From Pirellulales bacterium (GTDB taxonomy: Bacteria > Planctomycetota > Planctomycetia > Pirellulales > PALSA-1355), in the NCBI GenBank assembly GCA_963733035.1, contig CAVTBU010000005.1:1312001-1376000 (forward strand): a stretch of 64,000 bases of DNA. The letters are read 5' to 3'. Below, in pieces: positions 19,450 to 30,682 of this stretch (the stretch's first letter is position 1; each line of letters begins with the position of its first letter). The notes under the pieces are model-generated. The model saw only the letters and a program-made list of their open reading frames with translations, made no database searches and was not told the origin of the DNA. The translations under genes were made by a program, and so were the position numbers.

Positions 19450-21411
19450 ATGTGTGGCATTGTAGGACTTTGGAACATCGCAACGCCGCATCCGCTCGCC
19501 AACGTGAGCGCGATGTTGGATGCCATGCGGCACCGAGGGCCTGACGGTCGCGGTACCCTCGAATATGCCGGGGGCGCGGCCGGCATGGTGCGATTGGCGC
19601 TCGTCGATCTATCCGACCGTGGACAACAGCCCCTCTGGTCGGACGATCGCCGCGTGGCGATTCTGTACAACGGCGAAGTCTACAACTTCCGCACTGAGCG
19701 CAAGCGGCTGGAAGCCGCCGGCCATCGGTTCCGCACCGGCACCGATACCGAAGTCGTACTGCATCTTTATCTGGAGCACGGCCCCGACTTTCACAAGTAC
19801 CTGCGGGGAATGTACGCCCTGGCCTTGTTCGATTGGCGCAACACGACGCCCGAGGCCCTGCCAGAACTGCTCTTGGCTCGCGGCCCGCTAGGCGTCAAAC
19901 ACCTCTATGTCGCCAACCCTGGCGGCGACCGTCGGAGCGTGATTTTTTCCTCCGAGATTCGCGCTTTGCTGGCCTCGGGTTTGGTGCCGCGCGAAGTCGA
20001 TCAGCCGGCGGTGGCGGATTTCCTTTCGGTCGGGTTCGTGCCGCAACCGCAAACGCTAATCACCGGCGTGCGAATGCTCGAGCCCGGTGCGTTCGAGCAT
20101 TACATTCCGGGTCGAACGGAGGTATTCCGAAGATTTTGGCACATGCCTCCCTACGAGCCGCGGCAGGAGTCGTTCGACGATGCGGCGCAGCGCTTGCGCG
20201 CACTGCTCGACGAAAGCGTCAGGCTGCACTCCATGGCCGACGCGCCGGTCGGTGCATTTCTCTCGGGCGGCATCGACTCGACGGGCATCGTGGGCCTGAT
20301 GCGAAAGCACGTTCCCGACCTGAGAACCTACACGCTGAGATTTCCCGACGTCGCCGGCAGCGACGAGTCGGCCGAGGCCGAGGCCGCTGCCCGGAAGTTC
20401 GGCTGCCAGCAGACCACGGTCGACGTCACCGGACGCGACGTTGCCGAGATCTTGCCCCGCTTCGCCGGCGACATGGATCAACCCACCAAGGACGGCTTGA
20501 ACACGTATTTGGTTTCGCAGGCAGCGGCGCACGATGTGAAGGCCGTGCTTTCCGGTGTTGGCGGCGACGAATGGTTCGCCGGCTACCCGGTGGTGCGGCG
20601 CATGACGCGCTATGCCACGACACCCGGCGGTCGGCTGCAAGCCTTGGCCGGGTCGGCCGCCAATGTCGCCTTGCACGGCGTGCCGCAAGGCCGACTCCGT
20701 GAACGGCTGGAAACCTTGGCAACGCGGCGCAGCGCGCTTTCAACCTGGCTACAACCTCACACGGTGTTTCGTCCTTCGCTCGCTCGCCGGCTGGCCGGAA
20801 TCTCCCAGCAGGGGCGCTCGCTCGAAAGCAAGTTCGCCGAATTGCTTACCGAGGATTTCGGCGATTGGTCGAAAGAAACGCCGATCGGCCTGTCTTGTCT
20901 GCTCGATAGTCAGGTCTTCATGACGCATCAGCTGTTGCGCGACTCGGACGCGGCCAGCATGGCCCACTCACTCGAATTGCGCGTGCCGCTGGTCGACCTG
21001 GAGCTGGCCGCGTTTGCCCGCAGCTGCCGCGATGACTATCGACTGCGGCCCGACGGCGGCTCGAACGACCGCTATCACGGCAGTGGCGCCAAGCGCGTGC
21101 TGATTGCCGCCTTGCAAGATGTGTTGCCAGATTCGATCGCGGAGCGGCGTAAAAAGGGTTTTGCCTTGCCCTTCGAGAAATGGATGACGACGGACCTGGC
21201 GCCGTTGGTGGAGGATACTTGCGGGCAAGACAGCGTGCGGCGGCGCGGCCTGCTGGATCCCGCGGTCGTTTCACAGTTGCATGCGGCCGACCGGACGCGA
21301 ATGCCGGCCTATCCTTGCTTATGGACCGTGATGATGCTGGAATTGTGGTGTCGGGCCGTGATCGACACGGGCCGCAGCGAAATGCTTCCTCGCTCGGCAA
21401 TACGAGCCTAG
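19450..21411 (+). CDS. asnB: Asparagine synthase-like glutamine amidotransferase (AsnB/WbpS family)
   Basis: MCGIVG, HRGPD, NGEVYNF, FLSGGIDS, LSGVGGDE, SMAHSLELRVP, KKGF. Confidence 0.92.
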   Translation: MCGIVGLWNIATPHPLANVSAMLDAMRHRGPDGRGTLEYAGGAAGMVRLALVDLSDRGQQPLWSDDRRVAILYNGEVYNFRTERKRLEAAGHRFRTGTDTEVVLHLYLEHGPDFHKYLRGMYALALFDWRNTTPEALPELLLARGPLGVKHLYVANPGGDRRSVIFSSEIRALLASGLVPREVDQPAVADFLSVGFVPQPQTLITGVRMLEPGAFEHYIPGRTEVFRRFWHMPPYEPRQESFDDAAQRLRALLDESVRLHSMADAPVGAFLSGGIDSTGIVGLMRKHVPDLRTYTLRFPDVAGSDESAEAEAAARKFGCQQTTVDVTGRDVAEILPRFAGDMDQPTKDGLNTYLVSQAAAHDVKAVLSGVGGDEWFAGYPVVRRMTRYATTPGGRLQALAGSAANVALHGVPQGRLRERLETLATRRSALSTWLQPHTVFRPSLARRLAGISQQGRSLESKFAELLTEDFGDWSKETPIGLSCLLDSQVFMTHQLLRDSDAASMAHSLELRVPLVDLELAAFARSCRDDYRLRPDGGSNDRYHGSGAKRVLIAALQDVLPDSIAERRKKGFALPFEKWMTTDLAPLVEDTCGQDSVRRRGLLDPAVVSQLHAADRTRMPAYPCLWTVMMLELWCRAVIDTGRSEMLPRSAIRA

Positions 21412-21482
21412 ACGAAAGAGGACCAAGCCCTTTGGAGCGCAAGAACAACTCCTCGAATGGTGCGACACCCGTTAGCCCGCGG

Positions 21483-23168
21483 ATGTCGAAATCGCTAGCC
21501 GATACCGTGGTGCTGGTGCCCGCGGCCGGTCGGGTGGCTGAGGGCGTGATGGCGCTTTCGAACATTGGCTGCCCGGCGATGGTCCCCGTGGCCGGCCGAC
21601 CGGTCATTCACTGGACGCTCAGCTATCTCCGCTCGCTGGGTTTGCGGCGGTTCATGATTGCCGTGTCGCGACGGGGCATGTTCGTCGAGGATTTCGTCGA
21701 GTGCTCATTCGGCCAGGATTGCGAGATCACGTTCCTATTGCCTTCGGCCGATGGCGGCGTGGGTCGTACCGTGCTTGATCTGGCCCAGCAGGCAAGCGGC
21801 AATTCGGCACTTGTGGTCCTCGGCGACACGCACTTTCAGTTTGCCGACCCGGCGATTCTCGAGCGTGACGAGGCCGCGGTACTCGTCGACAATGTCGAGG
21901 ATTCCTATCGCTGGTGCACCGCCGAGACCGACGAGCAAGGCATGATCACCGCCTTGCACGACAAGGAGCCCGAACTGCCGGGCGTGCTCAAGGCCTTGAT
22001 TGGCGTTTACTACTTTCCATCCCTGCAAGAATTGGAAGCGGCAGCCAGCCAGGCCGTGGCGCAACACGAGCCGGCGGGCGAGCGCACGGAATTCGCCGAC
22101 ATTCTCAAGCTCGTCAACCAACAGCGGCCCATTCGCGCAGTGCAGGCCGGTGACTGGCTCGACTGCGGCAATCCCGACCGCCAAGCCAGCTCGCACCGTA
22201 CGCTCCTGCAAAAACGCGAATTCAATGAGCTATCGATCGACAGCGTCCTCGGCACGGTCACCAAACGCAGTCGCTACGTTGAAAAATTTCTGGACGAGAT
22301 CAACTACCTGCGGCTGCTGCCGCCCGAGTTGGCCGTGCTCTTCCCGCGCGTGCTCGGCTATTCGACCGATTGGCAAGACCCCTGGGTCACGCTCGAATAC
22401 TACGGCTATCCCACGCTGGCCGAGGCGTTCGTGTTCGAAAACGTCGATCCGGGGATCTGGGAACGCGTATTCGTGCATCTGCGCGATATCATCGTGCAGG
22501 GCTTCATGCGCCACCGCCGCCCCCTCTCGCCCGAGGTGCTCGAGGAAATGTATCTCGGCAAAACCCGCACCCGATTGGCGCGACTCGACGCACCGCCGGA
22601 ACTGCTTTCGCTAGTACGGCATGCGGGCCAGGTGACGATTAACGGCCGCGAGGTCGATAACCTGCCGCTGCTCTGGAACCGTTTGGAAGTCGACGTCGAG
22701 CGGCTGGCTGAAAACGTTCAGGGATGCGTTGTGCACGGTGACCTGTGCCTGTCGAACATTCTCTACGATCTTCGCTCTCGCGTCTGCAAGTTCATCGACC
22801 CTCGCGGCAGCTTCGGCACCGCCGGCATCTACGGGGATCCGCGATACGACGTGGCAAAGCTCTACCACTCGATCTACGGCTTGTACGACTTCATCACCAA
22901 CGATCTGTTTCACGTGGAGATCGCGGGCAACCGCGTCGAGTTGGATATTCGCTCCCGCCCACAACATCAGCAGATTCAAGAACGATTCGAAAAGGTATTC
23001 TTTGCCGACTTCGATCGACGGGAGATTCTCTTGATCACCGGCTTGCTGTTTGCCAGCATGCCGGCCTTGCACTACGACGCTCCGCGGCGGCAAATGGCGA
23101 TGTACGCCCGGGCGTTGCAATTGTTCGGCGAAGCCTACTCTCCATCCCCCACAGCCGAAACCGTTTGA
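21483..23168 (+). CDS. Nucleotidyltransferase-like + APH/choline-kinase-like fusion (BcbE/EcbE-like capsular protein)
   Basis: VLVPAAG, LVVLGDT, WLDCGN; REFNELSI; C-terminal HGDLCLSNIL, FIDPRG, GDPRYDVAKLYHS. Confidence 0.8.
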   Translation: MSKSLADTVVLVPAAGRVAEGVMALSNIGCPAMVPVAGRPVIHWTLSYLRSLGLRRFMIAVSRRGMFVEDFVECSFGQDCEITFLLPSADGGVGRTVLDLAQQASGNSALVVLGDTHFQFADPAILERDEAAVLVDNVEDSYRWCTAETDEQGMITALHDKEPELPGVLKALIGVYYFPSLQELEAAASQAVAQHEPAGERTEFADILKLVNQQRPIRAVQAGDWLDCGNPDRQASSHRTLLQKREFNELSIDSVLGTVTKRSRYVEKFLDEINYLRLLPPELAVLFPRVLGYSTDWQDPWVTLEYYGYPTLAEAFVFENVDPGIWERVFVHLRDIIVQGFMRHRRPLSPEVLEEMYLGKTRTRLARLDAPPELLSLVRHAGQVTINGREVDNLPLLWNRLEVDVERLAENVQGCVVHGDLCLSNILYDLRSRVCKFIDPRGSFGTAGIYGDPRYDVAKLYHSIYGLYDFITNDLFHVEIAGNRVELDIRSRPQHQQIQERFEKVFFADFDRREILLITGLLFASMPALHYDAPRRQMAMYARALQLFGEAYSPSPTAETV

Positions 23169-23178
23169 CAGGAGAACC

Positions 23179-23586
23179 ATGCGGATTTGCATCGACCTCG
23201 ATGGCGTGATTTGCCGACTGCGTGAACCGGGCCAAAACTATGCCGATCTGGAGCCCGTGCCGGGCGCCGTGGAGAAACTGCGACAACTGAAAGCGGCCGG
23301 GCATTATCTGATCATCAACACGGCCCGGCACATGAAGACTTGCGACGGCAATGTGGGGCGTGTGATTGCCAGGCAGGGCGCGGTCACGCTCGAATGGCTC
23401 TCGCGTCACGGCATCGAGTACGACGAAATTCACTTCGGCAAACCGCACGCTCAAATCTATCTCGACGACAACGCCATCCGCTTTTCCTCGTGGGATGCGA
23501 TCGCGGGCGATGGTTCCAGCTTTCCCCTCAGCACCGAACAGCAACAAGCCACACAGCACGATCGCGTCGATGCGGCCAAGCAATAA
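23179..23586 (+). CDS. Small HAD phosphatase, capsule biosynthesis (BcbF/EcbF-like)
   Basis: RICIDLDGVIC, TARHM, WL..HGIEYDEIHFGKP, YLDD; GGAG RBS. Confidence 0.85.
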   Translation: MRICIDLDGVICRLREPGQNYADLEPVPGAVEKLRQLKAAGHYLIINTARHMKTCDGNVGRVIARQGAVTLEWLSRHGIEYDEIHFGKPHAQIYLDDNAIRFSSWDAIAGDGSSFPLSTEQQQATQHDRVDAAKQ

Positions 23587-23637
23587 CCGAAACACGCTTG
23601 AGCTCGTGGCCAAGTACGTCGCTCCACGGAACGCGAA

Positions 23638-24682
23638 ATGAAGATCATCGTACCATGCTGTGGTCGCTCGAGCCGCTTTCCCGGCCAACCGCCCAAGTGG
23701 ACGCTGCCGGCGCACGACGGGCGTCCCATGCTGTGCCTGGCACTGTCCGGAATTCCGCTTTCGCTCGACGACCTGATTGTCACAATCCTCCGCGAGCACG
23801 AGGAAAAGTACGGCATCAGCGAGGGATTGACCGCGGCGTTTGGCCGGCCAATCCGGTTGGCAATTCTCGACCGGCCGACGCGTAGCCAATCGGAAACCGT
23901 GGCGTGCACAATCAAGCAGGTGGATTTGCAAGAACCGTTTTTCGTCAAGGACTCCGACGGCTATTTTGAATTTGACACGGTGGCCTACGAGCACAACTAC
24001 GTATGCGTGGATACGCTCAACAACTACGACCTGATCAATCCCCGCAACAAGAGCTACGTGCAAGTTGACGAAACGGACCGAATTACGACCATGCGAGAGA
24101 AGGTCGTCATTTCCGACTTGTTCAACGTCGGCGGCTACCACTTTACCTCGCCGAGCGAGTTCATGCGGTTCTATGATGCCCTTGCAAGCAAGGCCAGCGG
24201 CAGCGAATTGTATCTGTCGAATGTGATTTCCGCGATGCTCGCCGAGGGAGTTCCGTTCTTTGCGCCGGACCGCTGGCTACCAGGACTGGGGTACGGCGCA
24301 CGACTGGCGCCGTGCGCTGCTGGGTCGAAAAGCGTATTTTGTGTCCCTCGACGGATTTCTCTTCGAGCGCGGCTCGCGTTATTTTCATCCCCGTTTCGAG
24401 CAGGTGCGACCATGCGAACGCGCCGTGGCGGCGGTGCGGGAACTTGCCGACGCAGGTCATGACATCGTTTACTTGTCGATCCGCCCCCAATCGCTCGCAG
24501 CCGTGACACGCGACCAGATCAAAAATGCCGGCCTGCCCGTCGGCGAGATCGTCTGGGATTGCCCCGGGGCGCAATGGGTGATGATAACCGCGCCGCACGC
24601 CACGTTGCCATTCGCCACGGGCCGGGCGGTGGAGGTCTCCCCCGACGCATCCGACCTGCCGGCGAAATTCAAAGGCGAATAG
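23638..24682 (+). CDS. Nucleotidyltransferase-like protein (BcbG-like) with a C-terminal HAD-like domain, apparent frameshift near 24264
   Basis: IIVPCCGRSSRFP..PKW, EKVVISDLFNVGGYHF, ELYLS; second frame continues YQDWGT..YFVSLDGFLF. Confidence 0.7.
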
Positions 24683-24734
24683 TCACTCGCTGGAAAGCCC
24701 GACTCCACGGATCATCTTCGCACTGCGAGACACG

Positions 24735-25982
24735 TTGAATTCCAGGCCGCGAAAAGTCCTGCACGTTCTCAATAGTGCGACCGGCGGCGCCGCGCTGAGC
24801 ACGCTCGGGCTGATGCAGCGCTTTCGCCGTGAGGGAATCTTGGCGTGCGCCGTTTGCCACGACGCCGGCAGCCGGCAAGAGCGCGACGCCTTGCGCGAGA
24901 TGTGCGATGGGGAAGTCTGTTTCACGACTCTGTACTGGTGGAACAAGAAGATTCGCGTGCCGCGCTGGAAACGCCCTCTCAGTGAGATCAAGCAAATACT
25001 GCGCACCGGCTGGACCAAGAAATCAACTCGCACCGTCGCGGATTTCGCTCGCTCGCACCATGTCGATCTCATCCACACCAACACAATTCTCACGCCCGAG
25101 GGAGGCAACGCGGCCATGCAACTCGGCCTGCCACACGTCTGGCATGTGCGCGAATTGATCGGCGCGGGAACGCCCTTTCCGCTGGGGCTGTCCGAGGCGG
25201 CCCTAGGGCGCTACCTTGCGGCACACTGTTCCAAACTGGTCGCCAATTCCGAATCGACGGCCAGCCGCCTGCGTCCCTGGGTCCCGGCCGGCCTGCTCGA
25301 AGTCGTCTACAACGGTATCGACTTGGACCGATTTCAACCCCGCGAAGGCCCGGCCCAGCCCGACCGCCTGGTCGTCGGCATGGTGGGCAACCTGACGAGC
25401 CATTGGAAGAAACATCATCTGGTCGTCGAAGCAGCCACGCACGTCGACCGATCACTCCCGATCGAGTGGCGTTTTTATGGACACGATCCGTCGCACGGTG
25501 GAACGAAAACCGGCGATGCCTACGTCGACGCCATGCACGCCCGCCTGGCAACGACCGGCTTGAAGGACCGCTTTCACTTCCCCGGTTTTGTCGAGGATCC
25601 GGCGCAGGTCATGTCGCAGCTCGATATCCTGGTCCACCCGGCCGACCAGGAATCGTTTGGCCGAATAATCGTGGAAGCAATGGCCGCGGGCATCCCGGTT
25701 GTGGGAGTTCGCGGCGGTGCGGTCGTCGAGACCATCCGGCACGGCGTCACCGGCTATCTGGCAGAGCCGGACAATCCCGTGGAAATCGCCGCGTACATCG
25801 AGCGGCTGGCGCGCGACTGCCAACTGAGGACCGCGCTCGGCCAAGCCGGAAGGCAGCGAGCCTTGGCCGAGTACTCGCTCGACGCCAGCGCGGCCGGTAT
25901 GCTACGAGTTTACGAGCAGGCTATGGAACGTCCGCTGGGCCACCCGTCCGCCAAAGGAACTCAAATCACCGCCCACGGCTGA
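24735..25982 (+). CDS. Glycosyltransferase family 4
   Basis: HVWHVRE, VYNGID, ESFGRIIVEAMAAGIPVV. Confidence 0.92.
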   Translation: MNSRPRKVLHVLNSATGGAALSTLGLMQRFRREGILACAVCHDAGSRQERDALREMCDGEVCFTTLYWWNKKIRVPRWKRPLSEIKQILRTGWTKKSTRTVADFARSHHVDLIHTNTILTPEGGNAAMQLGLPHVWHVRELIGAGTPFPLGLSEAALGRYLAAHCSKLVANSESTASRLRPWVPAGLLEVVYNGIDLDRFQPREGPAQPDRLVVGMVGNLTSHWKKHHLVVEAATHVDRSLPIEWRFYGHDPSHGGTKTGDAYVDAMHARLATTGLKDRFHFPGFVEDPAQVMSQLDILVHPADQESFGRIIVEAMAAGIPVVGVRGGAVVETIRHGVTGYLAEPDNPVEIAAYIERLARDCQLRTALGQAGRQRALAEYSLDASAAGMLRVYEQAMERPLGHPSAKGTQITAHG

Positions 25983-26104
25983 CGCGGCGGCTCGAAATCC
26001 GAGCGCCACGAGATTAACGTCAACGTCGCGTAGACCAACCATCAACCTGCCGCCTCGGCTAACTGGGCTCGGCCTGTGTTTGCGGTGGAGGACATAACTT
26101 ACCC

Positions 26105-27163
26105 ATGAAGTTTTCGATTTGCATCCCGAACTACAATTACGAGAAGTACCTGGGCAAGACGGTCCAAAGCGTGCTCCATCAAGATGGCATCGACCTGGAA
26201 ATCCTGGTTTCGGACAATGCCAGTACCGACAAGTCCTTGGAGATCCTGCGAAACTTCAACGACCCGCGGATTAAGATCCACGTCAACGCGGTAAACGTCG
26301 GTTTCGCCGGCAACCTCGACCGCTCGGCCCGCATGGCCACGGGCGATGTGATGATCATGCTGTCGTCGGACGACTTGATCTGGCCTGGCGCCCTTTCCAC
26401 CTATCAAGCGCTGCTGGAGGTTGTTGCCAAGGACCAACCCACGATCGTAAGTTGCACGTTCGACGTTATCTCCGGCACCGACGAGAAGATCGACAAGTAC
26501 CCGCCCGATGGTGAACTTTGGACCGAGGCAGACCGAGTGCCCGATCTCGATAGCCTGGCAGGAGGCCCCGTATACCGAGTGGCCGGAGAGGAACTACTGA
26601 TGCGCTGCGTGCGGCGCATGCGAAATCCGTTCAACTTCGCGGCAACCTGCTACAGTCGAGCGCTGTACGACGCCGTGGAAGGCTACGGTGGCGGCCGCCT
26701 TTTCAATCCCGACAAATGGTTTCATTGGCGTGTGTTGGCAAAGACCCCGTACGCGTATTTCATCGACCGGCCGTTGTTCGCGTATCGCTGGCACTCGAGC
26801 AATCAATCGGCTCAGCAAAGCGCCGCCGGCGCCCTGAAGTTCCTGGTCGACGAATATGCCTCGACGCTCGAATTGGAGCCGGGAGTACTAAGTCGATTGG
26901 GGTTATCGCGCGACGACGTCCAGGAAGCGTTTGTCGAGTACGACATCGCCCGGCACGGTTTGGCCACCTTGGCGGGCGGTGGGCGATTGCGGGCGCGGCG
27001 CATTCTCGACTTTGGTCGCGCCGTCTATCCGCGGCAATGGCGGAAAAGTCGGCGGGTCAAAATGCTGCGGGCCCTGGTGGCAATGGGTCCGGTGGGAGAG
27101 AAGCTAGCGGCCCGGGCATATCGGGCCTATCGGTCGAAAAATGACCGGGGAAATCCTTTGTGA
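26105..27163 (+). CDS. Glycosyltransferase family 2
   Basis: SICIPNYNY, DNASTD, NVGFAGN, SSDD, YRWH. Confidence 0.92.
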   Translation: MKFSICIPNYNYEKYLGKTVQSVLHQDGIDLEILVSDNASTDKSLEILRNFNDPRIKIHVNAVNVGFAGNLDRSARMATGDVMIMLSSDDLIWPGALSTYQALLEVVAKDQPTIVSCTFDVISGTDEKIDKYPPDGELWTEADRVPDLDSLAGGPVYRVAGEELLMRCVRRMRNPFNFAATCYSRALYDAVEGYGGGRLFNPDKWFHWRVLAKTPYAYFIDRPLFAYRWHSSNQSAQQSAAGALKFLVDEYASTLELEPGVLSRLGLSRDDVQEAFVEYDIARHGLATLAGGGRLRARRILDFGRAVYPRQWRKSRRVKMLRALVAMGPVGEKLAARAYRAYRSKNDRGNPL

Positions 27164-27247
27164 ATGCTACAATAGAAGAAATCGGAACGCCCTTGGCAAA
27201 TTGCCCCCCACACTGCCGGTTCCGCGCGGTGTTACCAGTCTGACGCA

Positions 27248-28560
27248 ATGAACGCTCCAACGTACTCCTCGCCTCCCGGGCATGTCATGCCTGGCCGCCA
27301 GCATTTGCTGGCGGCCAAGTCCGGCGTTTTGGGCTTATCGCTTAATGGGGTTATGCTGTTTTCGATCGGCGTGCTGGTCGTGGCCTCGGGCTACATGGCC
27401 TTGCGGCCCGAGATTATGGGCCTGGCGCTGCATCCGTCCCTGGTACCGATCGCCTTGTCGTTTCCGCTCGTTTTCTTATCTCGCATATCGCTCGTGCCCA
27501 CGCGAATTGTCGCATCGCTAACCGTCTTCGTGGGAATCTATTGTTTCTCGATCTTGAATGGCGGCGGCGTTGCGCTATCCGAGATGTTCAAGATTCTTGC
27601 GGCGGCGATCACGATTCTTACTTGCGCCTCTTGATACGCAAACGCGGAGACTTTGTCGCCGGCGTCTTGGGCCTGGGTATCGGAGTGGCCGCCTTGGCGC
27701 TGCCGGGTCTTTCAGAAGATGCGGCCGCTGGCGTCAACGTCATGGAGGGGGCGAACAAGAATACCTATTCGCTCTACGCGCTGCCGGCAATTCTGATGGC
27801 TGGCTTTGTGTGCATCCGCTGGAAGGGCGTTCCGCTGCTCATTAAGGGCGTCATGGTTGCCTGTGTGCTCGTCGAACTTTCCGCCATTTTCATGAGCGGA
27901 AACCGCTCCGGTTATTTGGGAGCGGTAATTGTCGGAATCATGCTCTTCTGGGATCAACGAGGCAAAGGTCTGCTGCTTGTGGGAGCCGTCGCCGTGACGA
28001 TTATAGCGGTGGTCGTCGGCACTGGGCGGACCGAGGTTTTCGATCGCCGCCTAGACCAGACGGTGAAGGGGAATGAAGCCGATGACTTGCGCGTGGAAAT
28101 CGCTCGAGCCTGTCTGAAGATGACCATGGAGAATCCCGTGATCGGTGTCTCCCCCCAGCGGCTGCCGATCGAGATCGCCCGCAATGTGGAGCATAGCCAC
28201 ATGCCCAAGCTTCTAGCACACAACGTCTTCGCCCACCTTGCCGCCGGTAGCGGTGTGTTTTGCATTGCTGCCCTCTTCGTATGTGGAGGGGCGATGTGGA
28301 CGTACGCACCAGGACTTGGCAAACTGGCGAAAGACGATCCCCTGTATGCCCCCAGACGCCTGCTACGGATGATGGTGATTCTGTGGGCGATACGCGGACT
28401 GTTTACCAGCGAAGTACTATACAACCCTTCGTTTTGCATCGCCATCGGGATGACGATCGGTATCTGCATCATCGCCCAACAAGAGCGAGAGCGATCGGGC
28501 GCTTTGGCGAAACGGCCATCGTACGACCCCAGGCTGGCCGCGCCCGGTATCGCACCATGA
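27248..28560 (+). CDS. Wzy polymerase / O-antigen ligase family membrane protein, apparent frameshift near 27628
   Basis: Multi-TM; NKN, SGNRSG, R..I...ENPVIGV, AHNVFAHLAAGSG; two overlapping hydrophobic ORFs. Confidence 0.75.
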
Positions 28561-29266
28561 CCAAGAGCTCCATCGGCGAGTCCCAGCGAATTCTTGCCGA
28601 ATACGAACGGCGAGATCGCGTTCTGCCGCGCGATTACTACGGCCTGCACCACCTTCCCAACTTGTTCCGACACCAGGAGCACGAAAGGACCCTGGTGCGA
28701 TGTTTGCAACACAGCCGACAGATTCCGTTCACGGACAAGCACATCCTCGATGTCGGTTGCGGCGAAGGCGATTGGCTGCGCGTGTTTGAAAGCCTGGCGC
28801 AAGTCAGCAGCTTCTTGCGGGAATCGAACTCGGACCGGACCGTGCCGCGACGGCACGCGAGCGGTTGCCCCAAGCCGATATTCGCGCTGGCGATGCCACG
28901 GCTCTGCCCTGGCCCGACGAAAGCTTCGATGTGGTGTTCCAGCGAATGATGTTCAGTTCCATCCTTGACGCCGATACTCGGCGGGCCGCCGCCAGCGAGA
29001 TGATGCGTGTCGCCCGCCCCAGTGGCGCCATCGTGTGGGTCGATTTTTTTGTCAATCCCACGAACCCCAACGTCCGACCGATCGGTCGCAAGCAGATCCG
29101 TGCGTTGCTCCCGGGTTGGCGGGGAACCTTCTATCGCACGACGCTTGCCCCGCCGCTGGCACGTCGCCTGGTGCCGATCTCCTGGACGTTCGCCCGACTG
29201 TTGGAATCCCTGCGAATTCTCAACACCTTTCATTTCGCCGTGTTCGTGCGGGAAGCCCACGCGTAG
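28557..29266 (+). CDS. Class I SAM-dependent methyltransferase, apparent frameshift near 28797
   Basis: ILDVGCGEG in the first frame; GDATALPWPDESFDVV..EMMRVARPSG in the second. Confidence 0.85.
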
Positions 29267-29307
29267 TCTCCACTCCAAACGATTGCCAATCGTGAGCTTG
29301 CCTGCTG

Positions 29308-30525
29308 ATGACTGAACGTGCCGCTCCCTTCCGCCTGGGCATCATCTGTTCCGTGCCCGCCGTGCGCGACGAGCAAGGACGTCTCACTTGCAATCACGCC
29401 ATTGGCCGACTTCTCGATGAATTACGACGTCAAGTGCCGGGCTGCGGGCTCTGCATTCCGGTATTGCCAAGCGGACAGAAGTCGATGCGACACGTCCTCG
29501 AATTCGAGCCGCACGAGATCACGGCAATGCCTCCGCTCAAGACCGTCATCGGCTCGCAACGGTACTTCTTTCGGACTCGCAAGATTGTGCGGCAATTTGC
29601 CAGTCGGTTCGACGTGCTCTTTGTGCGCGTCCCGTTTCAGGTTCCCATGGCCTTGCGCCATCTGAACAAGCCAAAGTTGCTGCACGTCATCAGCAATCCG
29701 TTCGAGGTGATTAACGCTTCAAGCGACTACCCTGGACTGATGGGAGTCTTGGCGCGGCGTTTTGCCGCTCACTCGAACGCCACGATGCGACGTCTCGCCG
29801 GCGAGCCGATGACCCGGGTTGCCAGTAACGGTCGCGAAATGTGGGAGCTGCTGCGAGCGAGCGCCGGCCGCATCGTCGTTTCCTCGTGTCTGCACGAGCG
29901 AGAAATGCGTCCCCGGGAGGATCTCACCCTAAACGAACCGCCCAAGTTGTTGTTCGTCGCGTATCTGCGTCCCGAGAAGGGAATCGAGGATCTGCTGAAC
30001 GCATTTGAATCGTTGCGCAAGCAGCGTCCACTCAAACTCACGTTGGTTGGCGGCACCGATCGCGCGACCAACACCGAGGCTCAAATCCTGGAGCGGATTC
30101 AACAAAGTCCCTACCGAGACGACATTTCGCTACCCGGAATGTTCGAATTCGGCGACCCGCTTTTCGATCAGTACCGGCAACATGATATCTTGATCGTTCC
30201 CAGCCTCTCGGAAGGCACGCCCCGCACAATCGTCGAGGCCCGCGCATTCGGCTGCGCCGTCGTAGCGACGCGCGTGGGAGGCATTCCCTCGTCGGTCACC
30301 GACGGTGAAAACGGACTACTGGTGCCCCCACGCGATCCCATGGCACTCGCGGCAGCCATCGAACGCCTGCTGACCGACGATGCCCTGCGCCGACGGCTGA
30401 TCGCACGCGGGTTGGAGGAATCAAAACAGCAAAGCCTGGAATATTTCACAGGTCAGTTGGTGGACGAGCTCAAGATCCTGGCGGACGAGAACCTACCCCA
30501 GAAACAGGCGTCCGTCGCCACCTAG
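29308..30525 (+). CDS. Glycosyltransferase family 4
   Basis: LRPEKG, PSLSEGTPRTIVEA, TRVGGIP, GENGLLVPP. Confidence 0.92.
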   Translation: MTERAAPFRLGIICSVPAVRDEQGRLTCNHAIGRLLDELRRQVPGCGLCIPVLPSGQKSMRHVLEFEPHEITAMPPLKTVIGSQRYFFRTRKIVRQFASRFDVLFVRVPFQVPMALRHLNKPKLLHVISNPFEVINASSDYPGLMGVLARRFAAHSNATMRRLAGEPMTRVASNGREMWELLRASAGRIVVSSCLHEREMRPREDLTLNEPPKLLFVAYLRPEKGIEDLLNAFESLRKQRPLKLTLVGGTDRATNTEAQILERIQQSPYRDDISLPGMFEFGDPLFDQYRQHDILIVPSLSEGTPRTIVEARAFGCAVVATRVGGIPSSVTDGENGLLVPPRDPMALAAAIERLLTDDALRRRLIARGLEESKQQSLEYFTGQLVDELKILADENLPQKQASVAT

Positions 30526-30682
30526 CACTTACTCGTTTCGCCGCGAACCACAAACTACAATTGCCTGTCGTGGGGCCGCCCTGGACGGAAGCCCGTGGCT
30601 GCAACGATCAATTCGAACTGCCGGCGAAGCGGCCACTTGCTCGTATCTTCCTGTTCCGCGACTTTTGATTCGAGACTGCAAC

